Assembly (NCBI GenBank): GCA_049999805.1
Contig: JBNGIO010006283.1
Span: forward strand, 1-64,000
DNA: 64,000 bases
Direction: 5' to 3'
Origin: Folioceros fuciformis
Taxonomy: Eukaryota
Made by a program: the position numbers and the translations under genes. The notes under the pieces are model-generated. The model was not told where the DNA came from, made no database searches, and was given only the letters and a program-made list of their open reading frames with translations. Below are positions 59,656 to 64,000 of the stretch, in pieces (the stretch's first letter is position 1; every line of letters begins with the position of its first letter).

Positions 59656-60591
59656 ATGGTGATTCCCGGAAGCCTCTCCGGAACTGAATCTGGCGATCCT
59701 CTAAATAACAACGATGAGCTACCTCCTCAGAAGAAGGCGAAGACGACAAGAAAGGGAGCGATCGACTTGGATCAGTCGGAAGGTGAGTCAGAGACGCTGG
59801 CAATCCGGAAGCAATATGAGCTTGCGAAATCCCAGCCAGAGACGCCCCAACCCCGTGCTCGAAAACGCGCACGGCAAGCCTCGAAGGAGCAGAAGGCATA
59901 TGAGGTTCAGAAGGCGGAGACCACATCGCCACCGTCACAATGTTCCAGGACAGGGGACGACAGACTTGTGGCGGCGTCTGAAAGGGAGATTGAAACTGAT
60001 GGTTCTGGAGAGAATTTGAAAGCCTTAAGACAACCTAGAGCGGAGTCCCGGACACAATGTTCCAGGACAGGGGACGACAGACTTGTGCCGGAGTCACTAG
60101 GTTCCAGAACAGGGGAAGACGGACTTGTGGCGGCGTCTGAAGGGGAGATTGAAACTGAGGATTCGGGAGAGAATTTGAAAGCCTTAAGACAACCTAGAGC
60201 GGAGTCCCGGACTCAGTACATCTCACCTAATGGGGAACTCGTGACAGTTTATGTGTTGAGAAAGGGGGTGATGAAAGTCTATGGCAGAGGCTCTCCTACA
60301 TGCAATGTGAAGGAGAGACGTGGAGATGATGATGATGACGATTCCGACGAAGAAACAGAGTCTGATGAAGATAGACCAGGCCGTAGCGGCCTTGTACCGC
60401 GGAAACCAATGATCCCGACTAGGGTGCCTGATGAGGAACAGAAAGTAGGATCAGACCAGCATCAAGCTCATGGAGCCGAATATGATGCAGGATCGACAGA
60501 AAGAGGTGTCAGAAACCGTGAGGATCCAGGATCCAGCGACATGATGTTGCCTGCCTTCAAGGAGGAAGGAAAAGGAGAATCTCCGCCGTAG
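59656..60591 (+). CDS. Hypothetical low-complexity protein with internal duplications and NLS-like motifs
   Basis: 311-aa ORF whose frame stays open upstream to about 59460. It has PPKKKAR/PPQKKAK motifs and an acidic tract, and all internal repeat offsets are multiples of 3. The true start and end are uncertain. Confidence 0.5.
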   Translation: MVIPGSLSGTESGDPLNNNDELPPQKKAKTTRKGAIDLDQSEGESETLAIRKQYELAKSQPETPQPRARKRARQASKEQKAYEVQKAETTSPPSQCSRTGDDRLVAASEREIETDGSGENLKALRQPRAESRTQCSRTGDDRLVPESLGSRTGEDGLVAASEGEIETEDSGENLKALRQPRAESRTQYISPNGELVTVYVLRKGVMKVYGRGSPTCNVKERRGDDDDDDSDEETESDEDRPGRSGLVPRKPMIPTRVPDEEQKVGSDQHQAHGAEYDAGSTERGVRNREDPGSSDMMLPAFKEEGKGESPP

Positions 60592-61387
60592 GCAAATCTG
60601 ATTTGCCTACGGCAAATTCTTCAAAAAGAGTCGGAGCAGCGGTTGCGAGAAAGTAGAAACCAGCTCGCTCACGAGTTGCAAGCCACAACAGGAAGCCAGC
60701 TAATCCTGCACAATCCAGAGCGGTTCCCATGCAGAATAGCGAGAGTGGCGAGAGTTGTCTGGATGTACCAGTCTTCTTTGAAGGGAACAAAGATTTGAAC
60801 CAGCAGCAAAAAGTGACAGTGGACGTCCAACGGGATGGTGCAGTCGAAGGTGACGTAGAAGCGCAAGGAGGAGAGTGTACAGACGAGGGCCTCAAAGGCC
60901 GGCATGGAGAATCCATTGCAAACCCGATCCAAGAAGCAGGATGTTGTGAAGGCAACGTCCTTCCACACTCGGGACAGTGTACTGTGCTAGTGCGAGAAAT
61001 TTGAGATCGGAAGACGTCACCACATTCGGCCTCAGCAAAGACAGATGGCATACAGGTCAGATGTCTCCACCAGAACCGGGTATGTACCTGGGTGACGGAT
61101 ACCACCTTGAAGTGGCATGTTGTTTACTACATCAGCAAGGAGGTCCGTTCCCATGACCAATGCCTTGGGTTTAAATGACATCGTCCAAGGTTAGGAGATG
61201 CAAGACTCCGTTAGAATTTTTATATATGTTAGAAAATTATTTCTGAGTGTATTAGAATACACTCAGTATACTATTATTTTTACTTGCATTAGAGTACACT
61301 CAATCTTGGAACATTAGCGATACGTAGTTAGAGGCATCTCGTTATGCGTTGTGACTTCCTCCTTAACGTGCTATCTTCGGCCTATAA

Positions 61388-63018
61388 TCACAGTTCTGTC
61401 ACCATGGTCACAAAGTATGTGCAAATTATGATCTTCCAAAACCCTTCAGCGTTTGTTATCTCTTGCCTGCAACGATAGCTTGGACATTAAAAAACCATTC
61501 ACACGAGAAAGAGAAAGGTCGTTAACAACCCACAGTAGTACTTGACCTCGGAAATCATTCATACCATGGGTGGTGTATTCGAACGATCCTTCCCGCTTCC
61601 AGATCAAGATCACAGCTTGTTTTGAAGCTGAAGATGGCTTGGACGATTCTACTTTCTGCTTTGACGCTGGCTGCTTCCGCGCTATTACCATCATCAAACC
61701 AGCCCTACGAAGAAACTTACTCATGAGCAAACTATTCGTGCAGGAAAGATTCAGTACAAGCATGAAACCCACCACACCTGAGGAGCACTCAGGACTTCAC
61801 AGTTGCACGTTGATAGCCTTGCTTCTAGGTGTCTGCTGATGATCCTAAGAACCAAGGATCTTGAGGAACCTGGAACGAAATCCGATATTCAACGAGGTGG
61901 CGCTGGCTTGCTGGTGATCACATCATATGAGAATGTCTTTTCCAGCTCTTCTTAAATGACATCTTGCCTTCGTTGTTGTGAACCAGTGACATGGACTTGG
62001 CGAATGCCGAAGCCTGGTCCTTCTCCTTCTGAATAACTCTTTGAAGCCGTGCAGAAAACCCAAAACTATCCATCATCAAGAACCACCTGTTTGTTAAGGG
62101 GGACACAACACCAATAATGACTGCTGAGTGCAAATATGATAGGACTTCCAGGCAGAGTTATTTCAGTACGCTGGCACCCTTGCACATCCACTGCTATGAT
62201 CATCTTCAATTTTCGGAGCAGCAAGTAAAGCTTCTTGAAAGCGCTCCATCATGTTCCTAGTACGGGCCCTCACTGGGGCACTAGCTACACCGCTTCTATT
62301 GTCATGCTGGAATAACTGAGACACAACTGTCATTCATGAGGCAAACCTGGGCATGGCAGAAAGTACAGGGCTTCGAAAAAATTCGTCTCACCCCAACGGC
62401 GCCCTCGCTGTCTGAATCAGGAGCTTCGTCAATTTGGTCGTTCAACTCCCTTCCCCGCTCCCCATGGACCTGACCATCCTCTAAACTTTCCTCGCCAACT
62501 TCAACCCCTCTGTGCTGTACCACCTGAAACCGACCAGGCCCTCAGACTGTCGATGAGCGAGGGAAATTCAATTGAGAAGGAGGAAACGAGCACAGGCTAC
62601 AGTACATCCTCTGCTGAAGCCAGCTCCATGATTTGCTGCGCCAAAGGCAGAGGATTTTTCCGGATGTCAGCTGCGGGGGCCTGCTTATCCCCCAACAACT
62701 CCTGAAGACGCTCCGCCATGGTGCTGGCACCGGAAGACTCTTGCCCATGCTGAGCATCTGGTTCGGCACGCTGCAAATCAGACTTGGACACCACCTCGTC
62801 TTCCAAAAGCCGCAGAAATTGCCTTCCCAACCCTGTTCCTCTACTGCTCTGCTCAGATGCATGTGACTGCATAGAGACCTTTCCTGCAGTCGCAAACTCT
62901 AGCATTAGAGGTTCCTGGTTACGAGAACGTCTACTGCAAAGCCATCTCGGATGAAGAAAAGTAGTCCACCTTCAGATGCCTTAGGTCTAGCGCGGTTGGG
63001 TGTCTTGGAAGGTTCCAT
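61388..63018 (-). CDS. Conserved uncharacterised protein with SPIDR/DUF4502-like C-terminal domain
   Basis: About 8 exons join in frame: MMERFQEAL, GFSARLQRVIQKEKD, LVLRIISRHLEARLSTCNC, AIFSFKTSCDLDLEAGRIVRIHHPW|QEI...IIICTYF. TGA at 61388. The first exon is tentative. Confidence 0.7.
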
Positions 63019-63210
63019 TGTGCCACGGAACGAGGCTGGTGGAATTGGGCACATTGATAGTCAACCACAGAAGAGGGAAGGAGAACACATGTGGAGTTCG
63101 GCGGAAATGGAGTGGAAATGGACTACAACCTGGTCCGGAGCCCGACTCGAGTGAACAAGGCATGCATCAGTGTGTGCCAGGAACTGCAGGAGCTTTCAAA
63201 GCATCTGGGT

Positions 63211-63968
63211 TCAAGCACAGTGGAGCCACAAATTCCGAAACTGCTTGTCGTTGCTCACGTCAAATGGCGAGGGGATGTTCAGGGGACTGGGCACACTGTA
63301 GTGTGCTCGTGTAGGAGTAGGGATTTGAAGTTGACAATAGGAATCGGAAATGCCATCCTTTATTTCCAAAGAATCGAATGAACCAACAACATTCTTCTCG
63401 TATGCATGGTAGCGTACACACAAGGAACGAAGGGCGGCCGGTGGTTGTTGCATCTTGTTCAGCTTCATATCCCTCCACATTGCCTGAAACAAGAAACAGC
63501 TGGAAGATGAAGAGTTGCACACACAGAATGAAGCCACACATCACCACGACGGTGTGCTAACCTCGTAGTTGTCCCCATGCTTGGCGATTAGTCGGCTCAC
63601 ATAGACTCTTTGCATTTTGGTGAGACGCTGGAGTGGAGCGGTTCGACCATCCTTCCTCTTCTTGCCAAGGGCCGATCTCAGCTCTGCCAAACACCAACAA
63701 ATCCAGCACGCGGATAAGGCACTATATTAGGTCAAGTTCCTGGCATCCTCCCTCCCCTGCCCTCCGCTACACAAAACCCTTCCATACCGTCAGATTCCTT
63801 ATCGCTGTCATACTCTTCAGTCTCAGGCTCCGCTGACAACGGCTTTTGTAAGCTCACCAACTGCACATTCTTCCCCGACCCCGAGCGAGCACCAGTGACG
63901 TTAGGGTTGCGAACGATGCCTAAAGATCGATAATTGTCTAACACAGTGCCTTTGTCGTTCCATTCCAA
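63211..63968 (-). CDS. NOP16: Nucleolar protein 16-like (5' part lies beyond the window)
   Basis: EWNDKGTVLDNYRSLGIVRNPN, LRSALGKKRKDGRTAPLQRLTKMQRVYVSRLIAKHGDNYE|AMWRDMKLNKMQ. Confidence 0.88.
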
Positions 63969-64000
63969 CCTGCAGCAGCCACAATCCCGGCTTCAGAATT

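Overview
This is gene-dense nuclear DNA from a land plant with short GT-AG introns (mostly about 65-130 nt) and very tight intergenic spacing. It is most likely a hornwort, inferred from a PLS-class PPR gene with elongated 'LL'-type motifs. I can support about 21 protein-coding genes, hand-spliced from the ORF track and splice signals: a SAWADEE/RRM-like protein, PPR-SMR, SEC11, a RanBP2 zinc-finger protein, HEMB, PSMD9, TGD1, a Rho_N protein, a P-class PPR, ALG5, SPP, ETFQO, an orphan ORF, YAE1, COMMD4, a PLS-E PPR, a class I glutamine amidotransferase, the ALS small subunit, TatB, mitochondrial L24, a repeat-rich orphan ORF, a SPIDR-like protein and partial NOP16. There is also one tRNA-Lys(UUU), decayed PPR remnants, several minisatellites in AT-rich islands and a 10-N gap. 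I see no prokaryotic system and no CRISPR array. The leads most worth checking are a sucrose-phosphatase with an apparent plastid transit peptide, a disordered Rho_N protein with four copies of one short motif, the LL-motif PPR, a YAE1/COMMD4 pair 67 bp apart with a probable U12 intron, and two orphan ORFs. Family calls come from recalled motif similarity, not database searches.
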